DNA from: Ruminobacter sp.
GTDB taxonomy: Bacteria > Pseudomonadota > Gammaproteobacteria > Enterobacterales > Succinivibrionaceae
DNA length: 64,000 bases
Reading direction: 5' to 3'
Assembly: GCA_036311285.1 (NCBI GenBank)
Contig: JAXJQF010000006.1
Location: 6,144-70,143, forward strand
The translations under genes were made by a program, and so were the position numbers. The notes beneath the pieces were generated by a model that was not told the DNA's origin, made no database searches, and was given only the letters and a program-made list of their open reading frames with translations. Shown piece after piece: positions 1 through 10,063 of the stretch; positions within the stretch are counted from its first letter, which is position 1; the number at the start of each line of letters is the position of its first letter.

Positions 1-126
1 GCTAAGCCTACAAATGAACTTCTTGATATGAAGATGTTAGCTAAGACTTATCGTTACAACGAAGAAGAAGCTACTAAGGCTCGTGAACGTGCTGATAGAA
101 GAAATAAGCGAAGAGGTGGTAGATAA
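1..126 (+). CDS. pilO: Type IV pilus assembly protein PilO, C-terminal end (5'-truncated by window edge)
   Basis: Frame 1 is open from base 1 to TAA at 124-126 (...LAKTYRYNEEE...RRGGR*). The stop overlaps the pilP ATG (TAATG). It lies directly upstream of pilP-pilQ in the conserved pilMNOPQ order. The AKTYRY string resembles the PilO C-terminus as I recall it. Confidence 0.6.
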   Translation, partial: AKPTNELLDMKMLAKTYRYNEEEATKARERADRRNKRRGGR

Positions 127-656
127 TGAAGCGTACTTATTTAGTTACAACACTTCTTGTTGCAGGATTAAGTTTAGTAGGTTGTCAAAAGTACACAGAT
201 GATATCTCTGTATTCTGTGAAACACAGTTAAAGCAATCTCCTAGTCCGATTGAACCTTTACCAGAAGTTACAAATTTTGTGGCTATGGAATTTGAACCTA
301 AGACAGATCGTATGCCTTTCGTTTTACCAAAGCCAGAAATAGCAATGGTTCAACATGTTAAGCAATTGAATTGTGAACAACCAGATCGTGAAAGAGCTAT
401 TGAAGAATTAGAACAATTTGCTTTAGATAACTTATTCATGAAGGGTACACTTGTTCATGAAGGGAAATTGAAGGCTTTAGTACAAACAGCTGAAGGTGAT
501 TTAGTTCGTGTTGTACCAGGCATGCATATGGGTTTAAACTTTGGTAAGGTTATTCGAGTTGCCCCTGATGTTGTTGAAGTGGAAGAATTCATTTCTGACG
601 GCAAAGGTTGTTGGGATAAGCGTACAACTCGTTTAGATATTATAATTGCAGAATAA
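126..656 (+). CDS. pilP: Type IV pilus assembly lipoprotein PilP
   Basis: 176-aa ORF with lipoprotein signal MKRTYLVTTLLVAGLSLVGC (lipobox LVGC). It has a PilP-like core (RMPF motif; LKALVQTAEGDLVRVVPGMHMGLNFGKVIRV). It sits between the pilO end and pilQ. Confidence 0.75.
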   Translation: MKRTYLVTTLLVAGLSLVGCQKYTDDISVFCETQLKQSPSPIEPLPEVTNFVAMEFEPKTDRMPFVLPKPEIAMVQHVKQLNCEQPDRERAIEELEQFALDNLFMKGTLVHEGKLKALVQTAEGDLVRVVPGMHMGLNFGKVIRVAPDVVEVEEFISDGKGCWDKRTTRLDIIIAE

Positions 657-678
657 GAAAGGCAGGCAGGAAAAAATT

Positions 679-2796
679 ATGAACTTTCAAAAGAAGAAAT
701 TAGGGCTTTTGGTAATGCTAGCAACAGTTGCTGGTGTAATGATGCCTGCTGAGGCAGCTACAAAGCTTGAAAATGTAAAGATTAATGATTCGTTAGCAAG
801 TCAAACTAGAATTGAATTACAATTCGATGGTCCAGTTGCTGCTTATCAAGAAAGATTACAATACTCTCCAGAACAATTAGTGATCAACTTAAATGATGCT
901 GAATCAGCATTGTTAAAGGACTCTATGGACTTAAATGTTAAGGCTGTTAAGGGTCTAAAAGTATCTCAAAACGGTGAAAACCTAGATGTTGTTGTTGGTT
1001 TAGAAAGCTTAGTTGCTTATGAAGTAAGTCAACAAGGTAACTCATTATTCTTGACATTAGGTAATGATCCAAGAGTTACTGCTGCAACAAACGCAGTTAA
1101 GACTCCTACAATCGTTAGTTCAGATGTTAAGGGTGTTGCTTCTGGTATTAACAGAATTAATAATGTAAACTTCAAGAAAGGTTCTAAGGGTGAAGGTTTA
1201 ACTGTTGTTACATTAGACAACAAGAACGCAGCTCTAGAGTTACAAAAGAAGGGTACTCATTTATTAGCTAAGTTCCATGGTACTTCAGTAGTTTCAGATT
1301 TCTTAGCAATCATGGATGTTGCAGATTACTCAACTCCGATCAAGTCTATCGATATCTCTGAAAATTCAGACGGTACTGTTTTAGATTTTGCTATGTACAA
1401 TGCAGACTTTGATGCTAATTTTGATCAAAATGGTGAAACTGTAGTTATCAATGTTGCTAAGAAGAAGCCTACAATTAAGGCTAATTCAGCTCCTAAGTAC
1501 AATGGTAAGTTATTATCTTTATCATTCCAAGATATTCCAGTACGTAACGCGTTAAAGATCTTAGCTGAAGAAATCAAGATTAACTTAGTTATGAACGATT
1601 CAGTTCAAGGTAATATTACTGTTAATTTTGATAGTGTTCCTTGGGATCAAGCTTTAGATACAATTTTACGTGTTAAGGGCTTAGACAAGAGAATTGAAGA
1701 TTCTATCTTATTAGTTGGTAAGCAAGATGAATTAGCTGAATATGAACAAAAGCAATTAGAAGAAATCGAAAAGAAATCTGCTAAGGAACCGTTAATCACT
1801 GAATTTATCCAAATCAACTATGCTAAGGCTGCTGATTTTGTTAAGTTAATCAGTACTAAGGATTCTGAATTGTCAATCAGTGCTTCTAACAACAATTCAG
1901 GTTCAAATGGTAGTAATTCAGATTCTTCTGACAGCTTATTATCATCAAGAGGTACTGTAACAGTTGATGAAAGAACTAATACTTTAATCATCAAGGATAC
2001 AGAAGCTTCAATTGCAAATATCAGACGTTTAATCGATGCGTTAGATAGTCCAGTAGAACAAGTTGTTATCGAAGCTCGTTTAGTAACAGTTGACGAATCT
2101 GTTACTGAAGAAATGGGTATCAGATGGGGTAACTTAGGTTCTGGTGGTAACCCTGGTATGAGTACTACTCGTGGTGGTAATAGCAGTACTACATGGAATA
2201 CAGAAGCTGGTACTATGATGCCATTACCAAGTGATAAGGGTAGCGGTGGATTGTTAAGTATTAAGCATTATGGTAGTTTAGTTAACTTAGATTTAACTTT
2301 ATCTGCATATGAAGCTGAAAATAGAACAGAAATCATTGCTAGTCCTAGAGTTACAACTACTAACCAAAAAGAAGCTTTAATCGAACAAGGTTATGAAATT
2401 CCAGCAGTTTCATCAGCTTCAAATGGTGCTACAACAGTAGAATGGAAGAAGGCTGTATTAAGTTTAGGCGTTACTCCTCAAATTACTCCTGATGACAGTG
2501 TATTCTTAGATATCGAAGTTAAGCAAGACGAACTTGGTGATAAGATTACAACAACTAATGGTGAAGCAATCTCAATTGCAACTCGTCATTTAGAAACATC
2601 AGTATTAGTTGGTAACGGTGAAACATTAGTGTTAGGTGGTATTTTCCAACAAACATTAAAGCGTGATGTTTACAAGGTACCATTACTAGGTGATATTCCA
2701 GTATTAGGTTGGTTCTTCTCAAGTACTTCTAATTCAAATAACAAGCGTGAAGTGTTAGTATTTATTACTCCTCGCATTGTTAAGGAAGCTCAATAA
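679..2796 (+). CDS. pilQ: Type IV pilus secretin PilQ
   Basis: Signal peptide MNFQKKKLGLLVMLATVAGVMMPAEA, followed by N-terminal AMIN-like region(s). The C-terminal secretin domain shows TNTLIIKD, IEARLVTV, VLVGNGETLVLGGIF, VPLLGDIPVLGWFF and REVLVFITPRIV. The ORF opens at 646; ATG 679 was chosen because it starts the signal peptide. Confidence 0.95.
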   Translation: MNFQKKKLGLLVMLATVAGVMMPAEAATKLENVKINDSLASQTRIELQFDGPVAAYQERLQYSPEQLVINLNDAESALLKDSMDLNVKAVKGLKVSQNGENLDVVVGLESLVAYEVSQQGNSLFLTLGNDPRVTAATNAVKTPTIVSSDVKGVASGINRINNVNFKKGSKGEGLTVVTLDNKNAALELQKKGTHLLAKFHGTSVVSDFLAIMDVADYSTPIKSIDISENSDGTVLDFAMYNADFDANFDQNGETVVINVAKKKPTIKANSAPKYNGKLLSLSFQDIPVRNALKILAEEIKINLVMNDSVQGNITVNFDSVPWDQALDTILRVKGLDKRIEDSILLVGKQDELAEYEQKQLEEIEKKSAKEPLITEFIQINYAKAADFVKLISTKDSELSISASNNNSGSNGSNSDSSDSLLSSRGTVTVDERTNTLIIKDTEASIANIRRLIDALDSPVEQVVIEARLVTVDESVTEEMGIRWGNLGSGGNPGMSTTRGGNSSTTWNTEAGTMMPLPSDKGSGGLLSIKHYGSLVNLDLTLSAYEAENRTEIIASPRVTTTNQKEALIEQGYEIPAVSSASNGATTVEWKKAVLSLGVTPQITPDDSVFLDIEVKQDELGDKITTTNGEAISIATRHLETSVLVGNGETLVLGGIFQQTLKRDVYKVPLLGDIPVLGWFFSSTSNSNNKREVLVFITPRIVKEAQ

Positions 2797-2823
2797 TAAC
2801 TAATCTAAAGTAATAATTTATAG

Positions 2824-2852
2824 AAAGCTCTCAATATTGGGAGCTTTTTTTT
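2824..2852 (+). terminator. Rho-independent terminator-like hairpin after pilQ
   Basis: AAAGCTCTCAATATTGGGAGCTTTTTTTTT: GCTC(T)C/G(G)GAGC stem with a G-U wobble, followed by a T-run. Confidence 0.6.
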
Positions 2853-2926
2853 ATATATATAATATCTATTTTAGAAAATATTATATAATCTAGAAATCAA
2901 ATTCATTTTAATTAAATTAATAATAT

Positions 2927-3466
2927 ATGGCGTCGAAATTTAACATTTTTTTAGTAGGTCCAATGGGGACTGGTAAAAGTACAATTGGAAAGGTATTAGC
3001 TGAATTAACAGGATTAGAGTTTGTAGATTCAGATACCGAAATAGAAATAAGAACAGGGGCTGATATCGCCTGGGTTTTTGATGTAGAAGGAGAAGATGGA
3101 TTTAGACAACGTGAAGAAGTTGTAATTGATGATTTAACTAAAAAGAATGGAATCATCTTGGCTACTGGAGGTGGCGTTGTTAAGAATAAAAATAATCGTC
3201 TTCATTTAAGTGCTAGAGGTACAGTTGTTTATTTGGAAACAACACCTGAAAAACAATATGAACGTATTGGAAATGATAAGAGAAGACCTCTCTTAAACAA
3301 TTCAAATCCCTTACAAATTTTAAAGGATTTAACGGCTCAAAGAGATCCGTTGTATAGAGAAATTGCAGATATCATTGTAAAGACAGATGAAATGACTACA
3401 AGTCAAATCTCACATGAAATTTTATCAAAAATGAAGGATATGGGAATAAACTATGATGAAGAATAA
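2927..3466 (+). CDS. aroK: Shikimate kinase I
   Basis: Walker [12 protein letters not shown]. Full-length similarity to AroK, and the canonical pilQ-aroK-aroB order. Confidence 0.95.
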   Translation: MASKFNIFLVGPMGTGKSTIGKVLAELTGLEFVDSDTEIEIRTGADIAWVFDVEGEDGFRQREEVVIDDLTKKNGIILATGGGVVKNKNNRLHLSARGTVVYLETTPEKQYERIGNDKRRPLLNNSNPLQILKDLTAQRDPLYREIADIIVKTDEMTTSQISHEILSKMKDMGINYDEE

Positions 3467-4535
3467 GTTAACTGTTGAATTAGGAGATAGAAGTTATCCT
3501 ATTTATATTGAATCGGGTTTATTAACAAATGCAGACAAGTGGATAGATACAATTAAAAAAAGAGGTAAAGTTGTAATTATTACTAATACAACTGTACAGC
3601 AATGGTATCTTCAACCTTTAAAGGATTCATTAGTAAAGTATGGGATTTCACCTTTAGCTTTGATTTTAGAAGATGGTGAGAAGTATAAAAATTTAGAAAG
3701 CTTTGATAAGGTAATGACCTTTTTAATGGAACATAACTGTGGAAGAGATACAACCTTAATTGCACTTGGCGGCGGGGTTATAGGGGATTTAACAGGTTTT
3801 TGTGCAGCAAGTTTCCAAAGAGGGGTAGATTTTATACAAGTTCCGACAACATTATTGTCTCAAGTTGATTCATCTGTTGGTGGAAAGACAGGTATCAATC
3901 ATCCTTTAGGTAAAAATATGATAGGAGCTTTTTATCAACCAAAATCTGTAATTATTGATATCGATTGTTTAAAAACTCTTCCTCAAAGAGAATTATCTGC
4001 TGGTATGGCAGAAGTTATCAAATACGGTATCATTTGGGATAAAGAATTCTTTGATTATCTGGAAGGACACACTAGTCAAATTTGGAATTTGGATTACGAA
4101 GTATTATGTAATGTTATTCATACTTGCTGTAGTATCAAGGCTGAAGTGGTTCGTCAAGATGAAAAGGAAGGCGGTTTACGTGCTATTTTAAATTTAGGTC
4201 ATACTTTTGGGCATGCAATTGAAACATTCATGGGATATGGTGTTTGGTTACATGGTGAAGCAGTTGGCGTCGGCATGTGTATGGCAGCAAAGCTTGCTTT
4301 AATGCGTAATATGATAACTGATGATGATTTTACTAAGATAAAATCTTTAATTAAGGAAAACAAATTACCAATTTTTAAGCCTGAAAACATGACAGTTCAA
4401 GATTTCTTAAGCTTGATGGTTCATGACAAGAAGAACATAAATGGTAAAATTCGCTTTATTTTACCAACTAAGATGGGTGCAAGCTCGTTATTTTCAGATG
4501 TAACTGAAGATGAAATTGTAGAAGCAATAAAATAA
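3453..4535 (+). CDS. aroB: 3-dehydroquinate synthase
   Basis: Motifs [32 protein letters not shown] and [12 protein letters not shown]. It overlaps the aroK end by 14 nt. Confidence 0.95.
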   Translation: MMKNKLTVELGDRSYPIYIESGLLTNADKWIDTIKKRGKVVIITNTTVQQWYLQPLKDSLVKYGISPLALILEDGEKYKNLESFDKVMTFLMEHNCGRDTTLIALGGGVIGDLTGFCAASFQRGVDFIQVPTTLLSQVDSSVGGKTGINHPLGKNMIGAFYQPKSVIIDIDCLKTLPQRELSAGMAEVIKYGIIWDKEFFDYLEGHTSQIWNLDYEVLCNVIHTCCSIKAEVVRQDEKEGGLRAILNLGHTFGHAIETFMGYGVWLHGEAVGVGMCMAAKLALMRNMITDDDFTKIKSLIKENKLPIFKPENMTVQDFLSLMVHDKKNINGKIRFILPTKMGASSLFSDVTEDEIVEAIK

Positions 4536-4568
4536 AATTAAATAAATATTAAAGAGTAGGGGAAAGAG

Positions 4569-6494
4569 ATGGCTCTTGAACAGTTACCAAAATTATCTAG
4601 TCAGACAACATTAATAGAAAGAATTAAATATCAATTATCTGTAGGTGTTCCATTTATATTTGTTTCTGGGACCAAGGGTTCTGGAAAAACAGTTATTAGC
4701 GAACAAATTTTGTCATGCATAGATGATTCATACGTTACTGCATATATAACATGTGATAATAGTATGAGACTTGAAAAGGTGAGGGAATTACTGTTAAGAC
4801 AACTTTCTCCTTCTTCAATTTTTAATAATGAAGATAGGTTAATTGGAACAGTTCAAAGAATTAATTTTGACGATAAAAGAGTTCTTATCGTTGTAGACGA
4901 TGTTCATAATGTTCCTGATTCATTTTTAATAGAGTTAGCTGAAATTTATAAAATCTATTATGACAGTGGTTTAATTTCAGTAGTAATTACAGCTGAACCA
5001 AAGTGGGCTGAAATTAAAGCAAAGAGTTTTAGGGATGCTGAAATATCTATTATAGAAATGGAAGTACCTGAACTAAGTAAAGCTGAATCTATTTATGTAT
5101 TGTCTTATTATTTGAAACTATTAAATTCACCATATGCAAAGGATGAAGATTATAAATACAAAGTTATTGGTAGTTGTAATGGTACACCATCAAAGATTAG
5201 ACAATTAGCAGAAAGCTTATCCAATGAAAAAGCGACAGTTCAGTTAGGAGATTTTGGAGAAAGAGAAGTTAATAAAAAAGAAAATGATACTAAGGGAGGA
5301 TTTATGAGTAAAAAGATCTTATCTCTTGTTGCAGTGTTTATTGCATGTATATCAGTATTAATTATTCTTTCTGTTTGTGTATTCGATAAAAAACCAGAAG
5401 TTGATTTTGCGACGAAATTAACTCCAGCTAAAGCACAAGTACATCAAGATCAGCTTATTGATGAAGTGATAGGTAAGCAAGATGAAGAAGAAAATCAAGA
5501 AAGCCCTGAAGCTGAAACTTTGATAGTTCAAACTGATTCAAATATTTCTAATGATGAAGTTATAGAAAAACAAGAAACTGAAAAAGAAATTGTTGTAGTT
5601 AATGATGATAGTAAGCAATTAGATGTAAACGAACAAAGTTCAAATAATGAAATTGCTTTAATTAATGATGAAAAGAATGTAGTTTTTGATAATAATGAAG
5701 GCGTAAAGACTGAAGATAAGAAACAAGTATCTGAACAAACAAAGGACGAAGTTAAGCTTGCTGTTACAAAGACTGATGTTAAGGTAGCAGATGTTAAAAC
5801 AGATACAGAACAAGCAACGAATAATCAAAAGAAGTCTCAACAAGATGTTGATAAGAAGCAAGAGATTGCTACTACTTTAGAATTAAAGAAGAGAGACGCA
5901 GATAATATTGTTGAAGCTAAAAAGGATATAGTCACAGAGAAAAAAGCTGAAGTTAAGAACGATGCTAAGGAAATTGCAGAAAAGGTAAATACAGTTGTTT
6001 CAGAAAAAACTCAAAAGGTTGCTAATGTTACAACAAAGTTAGATGAAAAACTAAAATATGACGAAACTAAGTTAACTTCTCAAAAGACTATTGCTGAAAA
6101 CAAAGTACAAGAAGTAAAGAATGAGACTAAGGCGAAGGTACAAGAAGTAGCTAAGAAAGTTGCTGTTAAGAAGGAAGAACCTAAGAAGGCGATTACAGAT
6201 ACTCCTTCTGTTGATGAAAATTCATTAACTTCATTTGAAAAATTAAAAGATAATCATTATAGTGTGCAGTTGTGTGCAGTTATAAAGAAATCTGATGCAC
6301 AAAGAGTGTTAAATAAGGTACCTAATAATAGTTATCTTTTATTTAGAAAGAGTGATAAGAAGTATATTGTTGTTCATGGTGAATTTTCGTCAATGAAGAA
6401 AGCCTCTCTAGCTATAGATTCATTTCCTGAAGATATAAAGAAGGCAAAACCATGGCCTAAGAAGATTGTAAAGATCAAAGCTGAAATTAAATAA
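4569..6494 (+). CDS. DamX-position protein: N-terminal P-loop (ExeA/AAA-like) domain, one TM helix, long K/E/D-rich linker, C-terminal SPOR domain
   Basis: Walker A GTKGSGKT with a Walker B-like [10 protein letters not shown] segment [23 protein letters not shown], then about 270 aa of low-complexity charged sequence. SPOR-like C-terminus (HYSVQLCAV...[24 protein letters not shown]). It occupies the damX slot between aroB and rpe. Confidence 0.7.
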   Translation: MALEQLPKLSSQTTLIERIKYQLSVGVPFIFVSGTKGSGKTVISEQILSCIDDSYVTAYITCDNSMRLEKVRELLLRQLSPSSIFNNEDRLIGTVQRINFDDKRVLIVVDDVHNVPDSFLIELAEIYKIYYDSGLISVVITAEPKWAEIKAKSFRDAEISIIEMEVPELSKAESIYVLSYYLKLLNSPYAKDEDYKYKVIGSCNGTPSKIRQLAESLSNEKATVQLGDFGEREVNKKENDTKGGFMSKKILSLVAVFIACISVLIILSVCVFDKKPEVDFATKLTPAKAQVHQDQLIDEVIGKQDEEENQESPEAETLIVQTDSNISNDEVIEKQETEKEIVVVNDDSKQLDVNEQSSNNEIALINDEKNVVFDNNEGVKTEDKKQVSEQTKDEVKLAVTKTDVKVADVKTDTEQATNNQKKSQQDVDKKQEIATTLELKKRDADNIVEAKKDIVTEKKAEVKNDAKEIAEKVNTVVSEKTQKVANVTTKLDEKLKYDETKLTSQKTIAENKVQEVKNETKAKVQEVAKKVAVKKEEPKKAITDTPSVDENSLTSFEKLKDNHYSVQLCAVIKKSDAQRVLNKVPNNSYLLFRKSDKKYIVVHGEFSSMKKASLAIDSFPEDIKKAKPWPKKIVKIKAEIK

Positions 6495-6502
6495 GGTTTA
6501 AT

Positions 6503-7171
6503 ATGAAAAATTTAATTGCTCCATCAATTTTATCTGCTGATTTAGCAAGACTTGGGGAAGATGTAAAAGCTGTTTTAGAAGCTGGCGCAGATGTTGTTCA
6601 TTTTGATGTTATGGATAATCATTATGTTCCTAATTTAACTTTTGGACCATCTGTATGTAAAGCTTTAAGAAATTACGGTATTACCGCTCCAATTGATGTG
6701 CATTTAATGGTAACTCCTGTTGATGAATTAATTAGTGAATTTATTAAGGCGGGAGCAACAAGTATTACTTTTCATCCTGAAGCTACTAAGCATATTGATA
6801 GATCTTTACAGTTAATAAAGAATGCAGGCTTAAAAGCTGGTCTTGCTATAAACCCTGCTACTTCATTATCAGTTTTAGATTATGTATGGGATAAATTAGA
6901 CATGGTTTGTATTATGTCTGTAAACCCGGGATTTGGTGGTCAAGTTTTTATTGAATCAGCTATTTCTAAAATTGAAAATCTTAAGATGCTAGCAAATAAA
7001 AATGGAAAGGAAGACTTTATCATTGAGGTTGACGGGGGAGTAAAAGTTGATAACATCAAGCGTATAGCAGATGCTGGTGCAAATATGTTTGTTGCAGGTT
7101 CCGCTATATTTAATGCTGATGATTACAAAGATGTTATTTCTAAAATGCGTTCACAATTAGGGGAAGCATAG
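6503..7171 (+). CDS. rpe: Ribulose-phosphate 3-epimerase
   Basis: Motifs [26 protein letters not shown] and VDGGV. Confidence 0.95.
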   Translation: MKNLIAPSILSADLARLGEDVKAVLEAGADVVHFDVMDNHYVPNLTFGPSVCKALRNYGITAPIDVHLMVTPVDELISEFIKAGATSITFHPEATKHIDRSLQLIKNAGLKAGLAINPATSLSVLDYVWDKLDMVCIMSVNPGFGGQVFIESAISKIENLKMLANKNGKEDFIIEVDGGVKVDNIKRIADAGANMFVAGSAIFNADDYKDVISKMRSQLGEA

Positions 7172-7176
7172 GAGTA

Positions 7177-7872
7177 ATGCTTGTAAATAAGTTACCACGT
7201 TTAGTTTTATTTGATTTAGATGGAACTTTAATTGATACTGTTCCATATTTAAATATAGCTGTTAATGCTGCTTTAGAGAAGTTAGGTTATCCGCAGGTTG
7301 ATGAATCATTAACAAGAATATATGTTGGTAATGGTCCTTATGTGTTGTTAGCAAGAGCTATTAAAAGACGATTAGATGCAACATTAAATGATATAGACCA
7401 AGTTAAATTAAGAGTTGGTGTAGATGAGTTTAATAGAGTATATAGAACTCAAACTAATTGTCGTAAGGATATATATAAAGGTGTTTTAGAAACTTTAGAT
7501 TATTTTCGCGAGAATAACGTAAAAATGGCTATTGTTACTAATAAACCAGATATGTTTGTAAAGGACATCTTATGCGATTCTGGATTAGATGGTTACTTCT
7601 CTTATTTTTTAGGTAGTGGGGTGATTGAGGAAAAGAAACCAGATCCTATACCATTGCTTTATGTAGCTAACAAGTTGAATATAGATATATCTGATTGTGT
7701 TATGGTTGGTGATTCCTTGAATGACATTATAGCTGCAAAGAATGCAAAGTGTTGTTCTATAGCGTTAACGTACGGATATAATCATGGCAAGGATATAAGG
7801 GAAAGTAATCCTGATTATGTATTCGATGACTTTATAAAAATAAAAGAATTATTTGATAATAAAAAAATATAA
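7177..7872 (+). CDS. gph: Phosphoglycolate phosphatase (HAD family)
   Basis: HAD motifs LFDLDGTLIDT, VTNKP and GDSLNDIIAAKNA. Conserved rpe-gph-trpS order. Confidence 0.85.
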   Translation: MLVNKLPRLVLFDLDGTLIDTVPYLNIAVNAALEKLGYPQVDESLTRIYVGNGPYVLLARAIKRRLDATLNDIDQVKLRVGVDEFNRVYRTQTNCRKDIYKGVLETLDYFRENNVKMAIVTNKPDMFVKDILCDSGLDGYFSYFLGSGVIEEKKPDPIPLLYVANKLNIDISDCVMVGDSLNDIIAAKNAKCCSIALTYGYNHGKDIRESNPDYVFDDFIKIKELFDNKKI

Positions 7873-7887
7873 ACATACGGAAATATT

Positions 7888-8889
7888 ATGAAAGAAATAG
7901 TTTTTAGTGCAGCTCAGCCTTCTGGTCAATTATCTATAGGTAACTATATCGGGGCGTTGCGTCAATGGGTTAATATGCAAGACCAATACGACTGTATTTA
8001 TAGTGTTGTGGATTTACATGCTATTACAGTTCGTCAAGATCCATCAGCTTTAAGAGAAGCAATTTTTAATACAATTGCTTTATATTTAGCTGTAGGTATT
8101 GATCCAAATAAGAGTATCTTATTTTTACAATCACACGTGCCAGAGCATGCTAAGCTTCAATGGGTATTAAATTGTTATACTCAGATGGGAGAGTTAAGCA
8201 GAATGACTCAATTTAAGGATAAGGCAAAGAGATACGGTGACGTCAACACTACAGTTGGCTTATTTGACTATCCAGTATTAATGGCTGCGGATATCCTATT
8301 ATATAATGCTAATCTAGTTCCAGTTGGTGAGGATCAATTACAGCATTTAGAGTTAACTAGAGATATCGCTACAAGATTTAACAATTTATATGGTGAAATT
8401 TTTACTCTTCCTAAGGGCTTTGTTCCTAAGTCAGGAGGTAGAGTAATGTCTTTACAAGACCCAAGTAAGAAGATGTCTAAGTCTGATGATAATAGAAATA
8501 ATGTTATAACTTTATTAGAAGAACCAAAGACAATTTTAAAGAAATTAAAGAAGGCGATGACAGACTGTGATGAGCCACCTGTTGTTAGATATGATTGGGA
8601 AAATAAGCCAGGAGTATCTAATTTGTTAGACTTAATGAGCTCAGTTACAGGTGAATCAATTGAAAATCTTGAAAAGCATTTTGAGGGGAAAATGTATGGT
8701 CATTTCAAGACAGAAGTTGGTGAAGCTGTTGTTTCATTATTAGAACCAATTCAACAAAAGTATAAAGATTTAAGAAGTAACGAAGATTACTTAAGAGAAA
8801 TCTTTGCAGTTGGTGCAAATAAAGCTAGTGAAAGGGCTCAAAAGATAATTGATAAGGTATACAAAGCAGTGGGTTTTGTAGAACTTTAA
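7888..8889 (+). CDS. trpS: Tryptophan--tRNA ligase
   Basis: Class I aaRS N-terminal signature region ([12 protein letters not shown]) and KMSKS loop (KKMSKS). [15 protein letters not shown] is typical of TrpRS. Confidence 0.95.
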   Translation: MKEIVFSAAQPSGQLSIGNYIGALRQWVNMQDQYDCIYSVVDLHAITVRQDPSALREAIFNTIALYLAVGIDPNKSILFLQSHVPEHAKLQWVLNCYTQMGELSRMTQFKDKAKRYGDVNTTVGLFDYPVLMAADILLYNANLVPVGEDQLQHLELTRDIATRFNNLYGEIFTLPKGFVPKSGGRVMSLQDPSKKMSKSDDNRNNVITLLEEPKTILKKLKKAMTDCDEPPVVRYDWENKPGVSNLLDLMSSVTGESIENLEKHFEGKMYGHFKTEVGEAVVSLLEPIQQKYKDLRSNEDYLREIFAVGANKASERAQKIIDKVYKAVGFVEL

Positions 8890-8916
8890 TTATCATAATA
8901 AAATAAGAGGCGGGAT

Positions 8917-10062
8917 ATGCGACAGAGGATATTAAGCATACTGTTTGTTGTTATAGCTTTAATAGTTATTGCAATTGTATATAAGTATGACCTATTGCAT
9001 ATCCAGTCTAAAAATATTCAAAGTTCAATAATAAAGACAGTAAGAGTCGATAAAGTTGATCTATCTAATTCTGCTTTGATTGTTCCGTTAATAGGGAGAG
9101 TTAATGCAAATCAATCTGTTAATATAACCTCTGAAGTAACTGCAAGAATTAAAAAAATTGGTTTTAATTCAGCTCAAGCTGTTAAGAAGGGGAGTTTATT
9201 AATAGAACTTGAAAATTCAATACAAAAATCTAAGCTAAAGGAAGCTCAAATTAATTTAGATAATGAGCTTAGAAAACTAAATATCTCTCATAAGTTAATG
9301 AAGAAAGGTGCTTTAAGTTTAGATAGCTATGAGCAGCTTAAAGCAAGTGTCGAATCCTTAAAGGCTGTGGTTGAAATTCGTAAGGGAGAACTTGAAGAAA
9401 GAAGTATATATGCTCCTTTTGATGGAGTTCTTGGTTTACACGATTTAACAGTTGGTAAGTTAGTAAAGCCAGGTACTGTTTTATTTCAGCTTGATGACTT
9501 AAAGAGGGTGTACGTAGATTTTGTTTTACCAGAAAAATATCTTTCAAAGATTGTCTTGGGACAAAAGGTTTACGCAACGACAGATGTGTGGGAAGGGAAG
9601 AGATTTTTAGGCATTATTAAGTCAATTGATACTCATATCGATGATTCAACTCTATCCTTTAAGTTACGCGTATATTTTGATAATAAAAACCTTATGCTTT
9701 TAGATGGAATGATGGTAAAGCTTAACTTAAATTTATCTTCTGAAAAGTTGCCAATGATTCCATTAAAATCTGTTGTTTATATTGGTGACGAAAGATACGT
9801 TTATGTATTGGGGAAAGATGATATTGTTAATAGAGTGAAGGTGTCATTAGGTACCGTTAATGGTACTAATATTGCTGTAAAGAGTGGTTTACAGTTAGAT
9901 TCATTAATAGTTGTTGAAGGTGCTGAGAACCTTAATGACAATGATAAAGTAAAGGTTTTAAATAAAACAGATTCAATTATAAATAACGATGTACCATTAA
10001 AGAGAAAGAAAAAGAATAACGAAGTTAGCAAGCTGCAGAACTCTGTAGATAAGGAAGGTTAA
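8917..10062 (+). CDS. RND efflux periplasmic adaptor (membrane fusion protein, HlyD/AcrA family)
   Basis: N-terminal TM anchor, coiled-coil hairpin region and beta-barrel region (IYAPFDGVLG motif typical of MFPs). The start of the RND pump gene follows 1 nt after the stop. Confidence 0.85.
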   Translation: MRQRILSILFVVIALIVIAIVYKYDLLHIQSKNIQSSIIKTVRVDKVDLSNSALIVPLIGRVNANQSVNITSEVTARIKKIGFNSAQAVKKGSLLIELENSIQKSKLKEAQINLDNELRKLNISHKLMKKGALSLDSYEQLKASVESLKAVVEIRKGELEERSIYAPFDGVLGLHDLTVGKLVKPGTVLFQLDDLKRVYVDFVLPEKYLSKIVLGQKVYATTDVWEGKRFLGIIKSIDTHIDDSTLSFKLRVYFDNKNLMLLDGMMVKLNLNLSSEKLPMIPLKSVVYIGDERYVYVLGKDDIVNRVKVSLGTVNGTNIAVKSGLQLDSLIVVEGAENLNDNDKVKVLNKTDSIINNDVPLKRKKKNNEVSKLQNSVDKEG

Positions 10063-10063
10063 G

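Noticed and set aside
5280-6200. Charged K/E/T/V-rich repeats in the DamX-like linker considered as a possible tandem DNA repeat or contingency locus
   Set aside because: The repeats are degenerate at the nucleotide level, with no exact tandem units or homopolymer tracts. They are compositional low complexity typical of DamX/SPOR linkers.
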